Positions 1-12,692 of a DNA stretch of 64,000 nucleotides are shown here, one piece after another. Made by a program: the position numbers and the translations under genes. Location of the stretch: contig NC_092348.1 in assembly GCF_963676685.1 (NCBI RefSeq), positions 96,534,001 to 96,598,000 on the forward strand, in the 5' to 3' direction. The notes beneath the pieces are model-generated. The model worked only from the letters and a program-made list of their open reading frames with translations, did not search any database and was not told the origin of the DNA. Source of the DNA: Mytilus edulis. Lineage: Eukaryota. Within the stretch, counting starts at the first letter, position 1; each line of letters starts with the position of its first letter.

Positions 1-66
1 GAATTTGACAAACCAGATGAGACCGAGGCAGAAGAGAAAGTTAACCTGACTGACAACAGATACTGA
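1..66 (+). CDS. Terminal coding exon (partial) of an upstream tandem paralogue of the LRR-TM receptor: EFDKPDETEAEEKVNLTDNRY*
   Basis: 1-53 is identical to 23791-23843, the last exon of the LRR gene; TGA at 64-66; followed by the same 3' UTR. Confidence 0.8.
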   Translation, partial: EFDKPDETEAEEKVNLTDNRY

Positions 67-1105
67 GTGACACAGTGTCAACTGATCACATGACTTGGAA
101 AGTTCAAGACACGACTAAGCATTGCAGACATTGTCCGTTGCATTTCAAGTTTATGTTGTTGTTGTAATTAACATTGATGAATAGCTGTAGTTTCGTTGAT
201 TTGTTTGACTAGGGTACATATTGTCCTCTATTTATTGTGTTTCCCAAAAAAATCAGCTTCCGTGTATCAGTGAGTCCGAAAAAAATGATTTCCGGAAATA
301 ATCTTTAGTTATGTTTTTTTGCCCCCTTAAAACAAAACAGGCTATTCTTAGGTAACTACAAATCAAGAAAGGATGCACAGCGTGGTGTCCGTGATCAATG
401 GGTCAAATTTGAAGGTTGCTGCAAAAAATAAAATCTTCAGCTTCCGTGGTTTTTGGTAAGAAACTATATTAAAAATATCAGAAAGGGGGAAGTTTATTGA
501 TTTTGTATTTTGTTAAAAACATAATAAATCAGGATTGCTTTATCAAAAATGAAGAAAATAAAACTACTGATTTTAAAGTTTTAACAGCTGCATAACATAG
601 GCTTAAAACATTGAAATATGATGTGTGTTTTCCCTGGAAGATGTTTCTATGTACATCTTATGCAAGTGGTAGATAGTAGGAAAAGGTCAATGCTTGTTAA
701 TTTTAAACCTAAATGTCATAGGTTAAAGCAATAATTTCACAAATAGACATGTATTTATGGAATGAAATTTCATAAAATCGTGAAACTCTTATTTTTGGGA
801 TTTAATTGTCAAAATATACCAGCCAAATTAAACCTTGACCAGAATCTACAGAAATTTTCTGAATACACATTTTTCAGCAATGTTATATGCCTCCTACTCT
901 CCGATTCCTGATAAGATCGTCAGTTTTTTTTATGTTGATGCACCAACCAATTTTTTTTTATGTTTTCTGCTCTTTGTTGTCTTGCAGACATATCTCTAAA
1001 ATTCACTATGTTACCAAAACACAAATGAACAAAATGGATTTTCAAATAATTTAAAAAATATATTTTTCATCTTTTTCTTTCCATTTTACCGTCAACTTAT
1101 ATTTT

Positions 1106-1616
1106 AAAATTGAGAATGGAAATGGGGAATGTGTCAAAGAGACAACAACCCGACCAAATAAAAAACAACAGCAGAGGGTCACCAACAGGTCTTCAATGTA
1201 GCGAGAAATTCCCGCACCCAGAGGCGTCCCTCAGCTGGCCCCTAAACAAATATATACTAGTCCAGTGATAATGAACGCCATACTAATTTCCAAATTGTAC
1301 ACAAGAAACTAAAATTAAAATAATACAAGACTAACAAAGGCCAGAGGCTCCTGACTTGGGACAGGCGCAAAAATGCGGCGGGGTTAAACATGTTTGTGAG
1401 ATCTCAACCCTCCCCCTATACCTCTAACCAATGTAGTAAAGTAAACGCATAACAATACGCACATTAAAATTCAGTTCAAGAGAAATCCGAGTCTGATGTC
1501 AGAAGATTTAACCAAAGAAAATAAACAAAATGACAATAATACATAAATAAAAACAGACTACTAGCAGTTAACTGACATGCCGGCTCCAGACTTCAATTAA
1601 ACTGACTGAAAGATAA
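1106..1616 (-). mobile_element. Retroposon-like insertion (~511 bp) with 9-bp TSD, present only in copy 1
   Basis: TTATATTTT at 1097-1105 and 1617-1625; empty site at ~24877-24885. The same family end (GAGAATGGAAATG..TGTCAAAGAGACAAC) recurs at ~41190 and ~35860. Confidence 0.8.
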
Positions 1617-2139
1617 TTATATTTTGCATTGTTTTAAAAGTGAAAACTGTTTATTCAATTCATACCAATAACATTTTTTTTACAATTATTTCATTTCATT
1701 TTCTATTCTGAGCAATCAGATTTGATGAAAGTACATTTTAAATGCATAAATGTCTCTTTACGAGCACGCAGTGAATCTTTAAATATTTTAACCGCATATA
1801 AGAGTGAAAGTCTATGCACATTCCTTCCGAACATTTCTCTTGTCATAAACATCTAAAACATTATTTTGTTGAGCGAGTTTAAGCTGGTATCATCTCTATC
1901 TTTGTTGGTCAATTAAAATATTTCAATCTGCATTTGTAGTTCTAGTTCTTTTATACACTTGGTTCATTATAACAGTGCATATTTAAATCAGAAACGGTAT
2001 TTGAGAATCCAAACACTTATTATATTCGAGCTATAATTAGTGTTCTTTTGATGTAAAGTGTTTGAAGACCAAAACATTTCAAGTATCATGAAGCAATCTT
2101 AGTGCTGTCGAAAAATCAATCCAGCTCTTTGAGGCATTA

Positions 2140-2430
2140 AATGATGACTGTTTGCTGCTTATTGTTCAACGGTAAATTAAATGCATATTTAGGACGAGCA
2201 CATTTTAATAATGTGATATGAATATTCATCCTACATTTTACTAGACCGACACGGTGAGCCGGATTGATAATGTGTTAGTTCACATAGTAACAGTCAGCAA
2301 AAAGGCATATCACTCTGCCCGGAAACATTATTCTTACTTCAAGCCAATCAGTCATTGCACTTACTTATTTTTGCTTAGCGGAGTAGCGGCATTTTAACAC
2401 AAATTTCAAAGTCGAGACGAGCACGCTACA
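2140..2430 (-). mobile_element. Degenerate tRNA-derived SINE-like element (copy 2 at ~25436-25732)
   Basis: Copy 2 minus strand begins CTCGGTGGTTTAGTGTAGCGTGTTCGCCTCG, an A-box/tRNA-like head typical of bivalve SINEs. Confidence 0.45.
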
Positions 2431-2437
2431 ACTTAAC

Positions 2438-2863
2438 TTCTCTTGTATTCACTAACGGAGAAAGTCCTCGTTCTCTTGTATTAACTAACGGAGAAAGTCC
2501 TCGTTTTATTGTATTCACTAACGGAGAAAGTCCTCGTTCTCTTGTATTCACTAACGGAGTAAGTCCTCGTTCTCTTGTATTCACTAACGGAGAAAGTCCT
2601 CGTTCTCTTGTATTCACTAACGGAGAAAGTCCTCGTTTTCTTGTATTCACTAACGGAGAAAGTCCTCGTTCTCTTGTATTCACTAACGGAGTAAGTCCTC
2701 GTTCTCTTGTATTCACTAACGGAGTAAGTCCTCGTTCTCTTGTATTCACTAACGGAGTAAGTCCTCGTTCTCTTGTATTCACTAACGGAGTAAGTCCTCG
2801 TTCTCTTGTATTCACTAACGGAGTAAGTCCTCGTTCTCTTGTATTCACTAACGGAGAAAGTCC
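2438..2863. repeat. 33-bp minisatellite, 13 copies (TTCTCTTGTATTCACTAACGGAG[A/T]AAGTCCTCG)
   Basis: Units counted directly; explains the 11-aa periodic ORFs 2426-2881 and 2481-2891. Confidence 0.95.
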
Positions 2864-3044
2864 AAGGGGTGTACCGAACAATAAAGACCATTTGTCGCTC
2901 TCTTCAAAACACGTAGGAAAGTACCATCAGTAAAAATATGAAAACTGATCGACCTCTTTCGATGTGCTAGAAGAGAATATATATTATGACACGTTTGTAT
3001 AATCTAATATACTTATTGAGACTCTACAGAGTAATGTCTTACAA

Positions 3045-3590
3045 AAGAGGGGCGAAAGATACCAGAGTGACATTCAAACTCATAAATCGAAATGACCACG
3101 CCATGGCTAAAAAGACAAAGAGACAAACAAAAGCACACAAGACACAACATAGAAAAGTAAAGACTCAACAACACGCACCACACCAAAAAACGGGGGATGA
3201 TTTCAAATGCTCCCGAAGAGTAAGTAGATCCTGCTCCACATGTGACACCCGTTGTGTTGCTCATTTTAGTACAAATCCAGACATAAGTCTAGTGGAAGGT
3301 CATATTCGTGAGGAGGGAACGGAATTGTAGTTAAGAATCATATTCGCTATCATCTGTGAAACGGATATTCCATAACGATCAACCAACTCATGATGGAGTC
3401 CGTAAAATTTACGAATGGATGATTTCAACTTAACTATTTGGAACTCTGTCGTTTAATACTTCCATGTGAGTAGCAACCCTCTATCAAGTAAATCATGTTA
3501 GGAAATACCGGGAATATCGTATACATTCAGAGAAATATACATCGTATGCAGGTGCTGCTGGAATGTTGCTACATAGCAATTGAAAGTTCA
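3045..3590 (-). mobile_element. Decayed Penelope-like retroelement 3' part (RT C-terminal region plus 3' sequence); copy at ~25993-26540; related 3' fragment at ~61740-62080 (+)
   Basis: Minus strand reads CSNIPAAPAYDVYFSECIRYSR..HDLLDRGLLLT with frameshifts, matching the SNIP..AYGVYISQLIRY motif of mollusc Penelope-type RTs. Confidence 0.6.
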
Positions 3591-4759
3591 TAATTTTGTC
3601 ATATAAGAATGTCTTTTCAGAAGTTTTTATAAGACTTCAAAATTGCTAATACAATTTTTATTTACAAGTAATAAACATAGCATGTATTTAAGAAAGGTTA
3701 ACATATTTGAAGCATACAGCGTCTTGCATCAGTTATTTCTATGGAGCAAGGCCAAGCACATTACCAGTTATAATAACACACTGCGAGACAGTCATCGGAC
3801 CACCATGTTGTAAGCAGTAGGTCATGGCGAAACTACTTCATAATTCTGAAACATTTTTAATTACTTGTTATATTATTAATCTTGAGACATACATATAAAA
3901 TGCAGCATTACTAGATAACATATTCTATTTTTATGGTAAAATAATAATAATATATAAAATAATTTAATTTTGAACATAAGGCGTCTTCTGATTGCCTGAC
4001 AGTTTGTTGTCTATCAGACATAATTTGGCATGTGCATATGATTGTGATGTCATCAACGATTTTTCGTGATTTATTCCGGCTTAAAATTGGATTTAGAATT
4101 AAAATATAAGGCATGACTGTATTTTTTTTTCAATCTATTCCAAATTACATCGAAAATGAGGTGCACACTAAAAAAACGCTACGCAGGTTGCTCAGTGTCC
4201 ACCGTTATTTGTTCATAGACATAAACAATATTAGTCATTCATTAAAATGATAATTGTAGAGTTTTGTGTGTAATTCCGGAACATACATAGTACATATTTA
4301 ACACAAAACAGTTCCACGCATGGCTGTAACTTTCAAAATATGTAGATTATTTTGGTTATTTATTTTTGTCAAATGAAAGCTGAATGATAATCTTTGAAGA
4401 ACAATATTTGACTTTCGAATTTTGATAAAAAAAAAAAAATTATGTGTATTTTAAAAGGAGTGTTCATTTTCCCCGTGTGTCATATTTGAAGTACTAGTAC
4501 CTTCTTTGGTAATTCCTACGTTCTGGGAACCATTGCTCTCTTACATGCAATTATAAAGTTAAGTTGATATTTGCAATACAAGACACTATAAAAAGTTGTT
4601 TTTGAAATGTAATGATTGCGGGAATGATTGTCACTTTATTTGAACTAAAGACAAAAGAGCTTTGATTGCTTGAATGAGAGGAATTTAACATAGACAACAA
4701 TGAGGCGATGAGTAAGGGATGTTCCTTCTCGAGGGCAGATCTACCAGTTTCGCTACTTT

Positions 4760-5118
4760 TCAAGACTCGGGGCGATTTAAAATCATATTATAGGCACCTG
4801 TCTTAGAAGTTTTAGAAATACTTTCATATCTCGGTGTCTTGATAAATTGTTTTAATTGCTGTCTCATTGACAAATACCATGTAAAACCCATATAATAATT
4901 TAAATTACAAAATAGAATGCCAAAGAATCACTTACTGGTATTAGCATCACTGTCGGCTATCACTACTTCCGGTTGCTGTCTTGTCGTCTGCTTGATAACC
5001 TTAGCATAGATTTTATTAGTATTTTCACCTGTTTCTATTGACTGTATGCTGGGTTGGTTCTTATAATACATTGTATTACTTGTATATGCAGGTTCTATTG
5101 GTCCAAAGTCTTCAATGG
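4760..5118 (-). pseudogene. Orphan duplicate of gene A's two cytoplasmic-tail exons (5118-4936 and 4797-4760)
   Basis: Intact splice sites and open frame IEDFGP...KIYAKVIKQ...ANT|SAYNMILNRPES*; no upstream Ig or TM exons found between 5119 and 14800. Confidence 0.7.
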
Positions 5119-6748
5119 CTGTTAAAGTAATTCAAAATGAAAATTATTAGAGAGTATGGGGGATCAGTAAGTTTCATGTGGGATGAAGAAATTTACTTAG
5201 CCCATATATATCGCATTAGCTGTAACTAATAATATTTTTACAACAAAGACACAAGGACTGCATTAGACAGTGTCATAAATGTACCTTGTGGAAGTTATTC
5301 ATTAAGAGCAATTCTCTGTAACCACCAACCTTTTTATATAGGGGGTCCGGCACGCATAGTCACCGATTTTCATGAAACTTAACCAAAACATGTGATCATG
5401 TAAAAAAGTAAGAAAAATGCCCACCCAAATGTTGCTAGGTCATGGTTGCCATGGCAACCGAGTATATCAGATTTCCCGCAAATTTTGAGGAATTTAGCAT
5501 CGAAAAAACAACTACTTTGCAGTCATTCGTAATCAAAACTAGGTTTTATTTAATGATATTTGTAAATATTTTTTAGAAACATGAAACTTAACAAACAAAA
5601 TAGCAATGTCATATATACAAAAATATTAGGGCTGAATATTGTCACAACTGCAGAAGCAGAGGTCATTTTTCAATATAGTTCAGAATACAAATTTTACACA
5701 TTTTGTATGAAGAAAATAGACATTTTTGCATCCACCTCCATTTAACCTGTGGTTATGAATGAAAAGTATCGATGTTTCTCATCAAAAAATTATAACAAAA
5801 TGTATGGGAAATTAGGTTCTAGGATGGTTGCTATGGAAACAGAAATGTGTCATTTTTGCCTTTTTACCTCTAAAATTTAGCCATTTAATTAAAATAATCC
5901 ACAAAAAGTAAATATTATTGAATGACTATGATGTGCAAACTATTGGCAATTTAATTACCAATAATTTGTCCAAAGGTCAAAGGTCATTGATGACCTGGAC
6001 CTTTGATCTGATGAATATTTCTTGAATTTTGAAAGGAAATATAATAGAAAGCGGCTACTACTAAACATGGAGAAAATTATCAGGATGTTTGAAGCCCCTT
6101 TTTATCAACATATGAAAAATAAAGAGTCAAGGTCATGTCAAAAGTGCTTAGCAACCAACCTTATTTGATAAAAAATGTGCCTAGTAACCATACATGATTT
6201 CATTCAGGACTATATAAACTATTACATAGACCTAACTTCAAAGGTCTAGAGGGTCTCATCACATAAGTTGTAAACAATCATTCATTTAAAGTGTAAAACT
6301 GACTAGCAACCATTTATTTATATTAGGAAAATGCCTAGCAACCATCGATTTATATTGAAAAAGTGCATAGCAACCAATAAATTATTTAGAAAAACTGAAC
6401 AGTTTATTTTAGATTTCATAGGACAAAAATTAGATTTTTTTTTTATAAAAAACACATTTCTAATCCGGCTCATTTGAAAAAAAAAGTTTATTAAAAAAAA
6501 TAAGGATAATTGTTTTTTTATGAAATTTATGTTGCTAGATTCATACTTCAGAGGACACAAATCACAATTTATTAACCGTTGCTCAGGAATGGAATTTTTC
6601 TGTTGCTAAGTAGTTGCTAAGCAATTTATGAACTCAAATTGAAGTGACTATTCATTTGTAACTTCAAGTTATTCTCAAACCAACCATCTTATCTGGAAAA
6701 TATGGTTATTTGTACAGATACATTAATTTGTATGTGCTAATTAGAAGT

Positions 6749-8747
6749 AACCAGATGCAGGGCGCAGCTTTATACGACCGCAGAGGTTGAACCCTGAACG
6801 GTTGGGGCAAGTATGGACACAACATTCAAGCTGGATTCAGCTCTAAATTTGGATTGTGATTAAATAGTTGACACAGCATAGGTTTCTGACACAGAATGAA
6901 TGTGTTCTAATGAACTTAAAATTTTTGTTTTCTCTTAGAGCAATTCACTATGCTGTTGAATATTAATCCTCTCAAAAAAATGTTTGAAGAAATTTTCTTT
7001 TTTATTTATGAAATTTCAAATGAGAAAAATTGAACCCAATTTTTTTAATTACATCCCCCTTTCCCTTATTCCAAAACTAATCTCAATTAAAATTTCTAAT
7101 GGAGTTTGCAACAATATCTACTCATTTAAATACATCATAAAATATTAAGATGTAAAAAAACTGCTTGTTATCACTGAATGGTAAAGATTATTTTAATTTA
7201 TCAGTTGGTAGTAAAAAGTGAATATACATTGTATATTGTATATAACAAAGATTTAAGTTGATTCTGGACAAAGAAAGATAACTCCAATTAAAAAAAATTC
7301 TTGCTATTGCACAATATTTTGCAATTAGATATTTCTTGCTTACTATTCTGGACAAAGAAAGATAACTCTAATTAAAAAAAAATTTGCTATTTCACAATAT
7401 TGTGCAATTAGATATTTCTTGCCATTGAGCAATACTGTGCAATTGAAATGACTTGCTATTGCACAATACTTAATATAATAATTTTAGATCCTGATTTGGA
7501 CCAACTTGAAAACTGGGCCCATAATAAAAAATCTAAATACATTTTTGGATTCAGCATATCAAAGAACCCCAAGATTTCAATTTTTGTTAAAATCAAACTA
7601 AGTTTAATTTTGGACCCTTTGGACTTTAGTGTAGACCAATTTGAAAACAGGACCAAAAATGAAGAATCTACATACACAGTTAGATTTGGTATATCAAAGA
7701 ACCCCATTTATTCAATTTTTGATGAAATCAAACAAAGTTTAATTTTGGACCCCGATTTGGACCAACTTGAAAACTGGGCCAATAATCAAGAATCTAAGTA
7801 CATTTTTAGATTCAGCATATCAAAGAACCTAACTGATTCATTTTTTGTCAAAATCAAACTAAGTTTAATTTTGGACCCTTTGGACCTTAATGTAGACCAA
7901 TTTGAAAACGGGACCAAAAGTTAAGAATCTACATACACAGTCATGACAGTTGGATTCGGCATATCAAAGAACCCCAATTATTCAATTTTGATGAAATCAA
8001 ACAAAGTTTAATTTTGGACCCTTTGGGCCCCTTATTCTGTTGGGACCAAAACTCCCAAAATCAATACCAACCTTCCTTTTATGGTCATAAACCTTGTGTT
8101 TAAATTTCATAGATTTCTATTTACTTATACTAACGTTATGGTGCGAAAACCAAGAAAAATGCTTATTTGGGTCCCTTTTTGGCCCCTAATTCCTAAACTA
8201 GTGGGACCTAAACTCCCAAAATCAATACCAACCTTCCTTTTGTAGTCAATAACATTGTGTTTAAATTTCATTGATTTCTATATACTTAAACTAAAGTTAT
8301 TGTGCGAAAACCAAGAATAATGCTTATTTGGGCCCTTTTTTGGCCCCTAATTCCTAAACTGTTGAAACCAAAACTCCCAAAATCAATCCCAACCGTTCTT
8401 TTGTGGTCATAAACCTTGTGTCAAAATTTCATAGATTTCTATTAACTTAAACTAAAGTTATAGTGCGAAAACCAAGAAAATGCTTATTTGGGCCCTTTTT
8501 GGCCCCTAATTCCTAAAATGTTGGGACCAAAACTCCCAAAATCAATACCAACCTTCCTTTTGTGGTCATAAACCTTGTGTTAAAATTTCATAGATTTCCA
8601 TTCACTTTTACTAAAGTTAGAGTGCGAAAACTAAAAGTATTCGGACGACGACGCCGCCGACGACGACGACGATGACGACTTAGACGACGACGCCAACGTG
8701 ATAGCAATGTACGACGAAAATTTTTTCAAATTTTGCGGTCGTATAAA
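6749..8747 (-). mobile_element. Helentron-associated interspersed element (HINE) with internal tandem repeats and (GAC)n microsatellite
   Basis: Sub-terminal IR TATACGACCGCA / TGCGGTCGTATA, terminal hairpin ~8709-8745, microsatellite ~8644-8692, internal ~120-130 bp repeats. Sister copy at 31092-32017. Confidence 0.7.
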
Positions 8748-8795
8748 AATGATTGCTAGGCAACCTTCTTTTTAGCGGAACAAAAAAAATCATTT

Positions 8796-10062
8796 TTAGC
8801 TCACGTGGCCGAAAGGCCAAGTGAGTTTTTCTCATCACTTGGCGTCCGGCGTCCGTCGTCGTCCGTTGTCGTCGTCCGTCGTCGTCGTCCTGCGTTAACT
8901 TTTACAAAAATCTTCTCCTCTGAAACAATCATCATTGGGGTATCTTGTTTAAAAAATGTGTCCGGTGGCCCGGCCAACCAACCAAGATGGCCGCCATGGC
9001 CAAAAATAAAACATAAGGGTAAAATACAGTTTTTTGGCTTATAACTCAAAAACCAAAGCATTTAGAGCAAATCTGACGGAGTAATATTGTTAATCAGGTC
9101 AAGATCTATCTGCCCTGAAATTTTCAGATGAATCGGTCAATCGTTGTTGGGTTGCTGCCCCTGAATTGGTAATTTTGAGGAAATTTTGCTGTTTTTGGTT
9201 ATTATCTTGAATATTATTATAGATAGAGATAAACTGTAAACAGTAATAATGTTTAGCAAAGTAAGATCTACAAATAAGTCAACATGACCAAAATGGTCCG
9301 TTGACCCGTTTAGGAGTTATTGCCCTTTATAGTCAATTTAACCATTTTTCGTAAATCTTAGTCATCTTTTAGAAAAATCTTCTCCTCTGAAACTACTGGG
9401 CCAAATTTAACCAAACTTGTCCATAATCATCATTGGGGTATCTAGTTTTAAAAATGTGTCCGGTGACCCGCCCAACCAACCAAGATGGCAGCCATGGCTA
9501 AAAATAGAACATAGGGGTAAAATGCAGTTTTTGGCTTATAACTCAAAAACCAAAGCATTAAGAGCAAATCTGACAGGTAGTAAAATTGTTGATCAGGTCA
9601 CGATCTATCTGCCCTGGAATTTTCAGATGAATCGGATAATTGGTTGTTAGGTTGCTGCCCCTGAATTGGTAATTTTGTGGAAATTTTGCTGTTTTTTTGT
9701 TATTCTCTTGAATATTATTATAGATAGAGATAAACTGTAAACAGCAATAATGTACAGCAAAGTAAGAACTAAAAATAAGTCAATATGACCAAAATAGTCA
9801 ATTGACCCCCTAAGGAGTTATTGCCCTTCATAGTCAATTTTTAACAATTTTCTTAAAATTTGAAGATTTTCAATAACATTTTCCACAGAAAGTACTGTTA
9901 TAAATAGAGATAATTGTAAGCAGCAAGAATGTTTAGTAAAGTAAGATCTACAAACACATCACCATCACCAAAACACAATTTTGTCATGAATCCATCTGTG
10001 TCCATTGTTTAATATTCACATAGACCAAGGTGAGCGACACAGGCTCTTAAGAGCCTCTAGTT
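8796..10062 (+). mobile_element. HINE / pearl-like element
   Basis: TTAGCTCAC..GTGAG 5' IR, (GTC/GTCC)n microsatellite, ~470-bp internal repeats, 3' GGTGAGCGA subTIR, AGGCTC-TTAA-GAGCCT palindrome, CTAGTT end. Confidence 0.85.
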
Positions 10063-11907
10063 TTAAAAGTTTCTATACTAAAGCTAGCAATGGTTTGAAT
10101 GAAGACTTCTTTTGAGAGGGGGCCGAAACGCCCCTTTTTATAAGTACCTTCTCCGTTGTTGATTTAGGCAAATAACAAGACCAATTTGTACTGTGATTGT
10201 GCAATCCAAGATGGCGGTATACCATGAATCTAAGGTGAATCTACCTTAGATTCATTTGATAACCCCTAATAAGAGTAAATACCCTTTAAAGTCAATTTGG
10301 GGTAACTATCGTTTATGTAAGTATTTACATAATTATATTAATATACAATAAGCTATACATGTATAGCTACAAGAGTAACTAAAAAAGAGTACATAATTGG
10401 GATAAGGAAACAAGAAAAAAATGCTGTTATTTGAATTTTTCTCCTTAAGTACTAGTACTAGTATTCATTAAAAGGCAAAACGCCTATATGGAGTAAAATG
10501 AAATTTTCGAATATTTTGAGTAAATGATTGAGTCTTGTTGGTATTTTTTACTTTTAAATTGTTCATTTATCCATATAAGTTTCAATAAAAAAAATGTTTT
10601 GTTACATAACTTTTTTACATGCGTTGAAGATTCAAGATTAAGAACATAAAAGTTAAACACGAGCCGCCTAGTAAATGATATAATGATTCAACTGGTATTT
10701 TTTCGTAATATTGATGAAATACTTTTGAAAAAAACAGCATTTGAAATTTAAGTAAGAACAGGATACAAATTTGCTGGCGATTAACTGAAATTTACATGAG
10801 TACACGCATGTATGTGAATTATTAAAGAAACAAAATACATGTTCTTTAAAGAAATTTGAGAGTCTAAATGGAAGAATGAATTAAGTTTTTAGTAAAGCAC
10901 CAATACAAGGATGGTTGCTATGCATTTTCTGATTATATGAGAATGGTTGGTATAGTTTATGTTGAAAATATTGACCCCTCAACTTTTTATTAGGATGTAT
11001 ATCATAGTTCGTATCAATCTGAACCCAACTATGCATGGTTGCTAGGTACTTTTAAATCAAGTAAGAGTCGTTTCTATGAACTTTTAACATGAACTTGACC
11101 TCTGGTATTTTGCTTTCAAACAAAATGTAAGCAAAATTTTGTCTAAACACTTTTTCTAAATACTTTTGGGGTTTATTTGATAAAATTTCTAACAAAATTA
11201 GATAAAAAAAGACCAAAGGTCAAAGTCAAGGTCATAAATAACCTTTGACCTTGAGTTCAACTTTCAGGTCATTGAATGCACAATATGTCCCAAGTAATTT
11301 TTATTTTGTATTTGTCACTGTTTTTGAACTATTTAAATAACAATGTCAAAATGTTTCTTCAAAATACCAAAAATGACACTTTTATGTTGCCATAGCAACC
11401 ACCCTAGCTACCTATTTCCCAAACCTTTAATGATAAATTATTCCTAGGCAACAGCCATAATTTACATTTATCACTGTAGTATAATTGGTTGTGGATGCAA
11501 AAGTGTGAAATTATGTCATGCAAAATGCCTATTATTTGCCTTTTTGAATACATTAAAAATTCCACTTTTTGAACCAGTGCTGCCCCCTTCTTCCCCTTTT
11601 TTCAGAAATAATTTTTATCTTTCATCTTACTCATAAAGTGTTATCTTTTAATTAATTATAGTCAAAATATTCATAAAACTTGAAATGTCTGCATGATAAC
11701 TGCTTAAAATGGGTCATTTTTGATCCTCAAAATATGCATTTTTGAGGCAAAATCCAAGGGGACCCATAACCATGGCAACGGGGGCATAAACAAATTTTTT
11801 GTCAACATTTTTCTTGTTAGTTTATCGATAGCTACCGACAGACCAAGTTTCAAGAAAATCTGAGACTATGCGTGCCGCAACTTGGTTGGTGGTTACAGAG
11901 AATTGCT

Positions 11908-12692
11908 AAAATAAAAGAATCTGCCGTTCTTGGTGTTGCAATATCGGCTTCAGCAAGACAACATGTCTATCCCTTATATTACGCAATATATCACCCAGAG
12001 TTTTATAACAAGTCATTTCAATGTGCAATTCACCAAACATGACGATACACTTATATTTTCCTTTCAAATCAGGCCATTCCTACTGAATTTGCTTAGGCAT
12101 TTCCAAAAGTGGCTGATCTGCAGTAACTTTTGATGTTTCTCCAGATTAACTACATTTTCTCCATAACCATCGAATACCTGATAATTGCCTGGTAGTGCAT
12201 ACAAATCGCTCTTGATGTCTATAAATAGTTTGCACATGCGCCAAAGTGTGAAACACATGTGTATTATAACATTGAAAAATATTATTAAACCAATTCATAA
12301 TATCATTAGAAATCCGAAAAACACTAAATATATAGCAAATAGTTCAAATGTTTTTGAAAGAATTTTATTACATTTTCGCGCATGCGCAAATACTGTATAT
12401 GTCAAATATTCATTTTTAATAAATATGTGATGTAAGGAAGATAGCCACCAAACCTGGTAATTGGTTTCTACTAAAAGAAGTTCAAAGAAAAGTTTTCCAG
12501 AAAAATCAGTATTTTCAAACTAAAGAAAACAGCCATTTTAGAAAATGGCCGTGGCCATCTTGAAAAAAATATTTTTTTAATGACCAGCAGTTATTTCACA
12601 AAGTATATAATAATGATGCTTTGTGGTAATTTTCATGCTTGTATTATCATTTGCACAATTCCCTCGATTTTGCTTGCTAATATCTTCCACTA
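11908..12692 (-). mobile_element. Academ DNA transposon remnant: 5' terminus plus internally deleted, frameshifted transposase fragment
   Basis: Minus strand VTADQPLLEMPKQIQ*EWPD..IVMFGELHIEMTCYKTLGDIL..G*TCCLAEADIATPRTADSF matches the Academ transposase motif (DQPL..KQIQW.WP..VMFGGLHIEM..SGW..TADSF). Terminus TAGTGGAAG at 12692 fits Academ TAG..CTA ends. Confidence 0.8.

Larger units (their letters stand above)
1..5305. repeat. Segmental (tandem) duplication copy 1; copy 2 at ~23791-28826
   Basis: Colinear near-identity read directly (e.g. ORFs 2986-3330 vs 25934-26278, 4551-4763 vs 27502-27714). Homology ends at ...GTTATTCATTAA. Confidence 0.95.
5306..11907. mobile_element. Non-autonomous Kolobok-like DNA transposon with nested HINEs
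   Basis: 24-bp perfect TIR AGCAATTCTCTGTAACCACCAACC (5307-5330 / 11884-11907) plus subterminal IR (CGGCACGCATAGTC..GATTTTC.TGAAACTT). Left flank TTAA at 5302-5305; the right end lacks the terminal C and TTAA. Confidence 0.75.

Noticed and set aside
2426-2891. Repetitive 151-aa and 136-aa ORFs; CRISPR-like appearance
   Set aside because: Head-to-tail 33-bp units with no spacers; the ORFs are by-products of a unit length divisible by 3 and are absent from the duplicate.
2986-3330. 114-aa ORF conserved in both duplicates
   Set aside because: Lies antisense in a retroelement 3' region; conservation reflects recent duplication.
7448-9650. ORFs inside HINEs (also 31209-33485)
   Set aside because: Arise from internal tandem repeats of non-autonomous elements; no Rep/helicase motifs.
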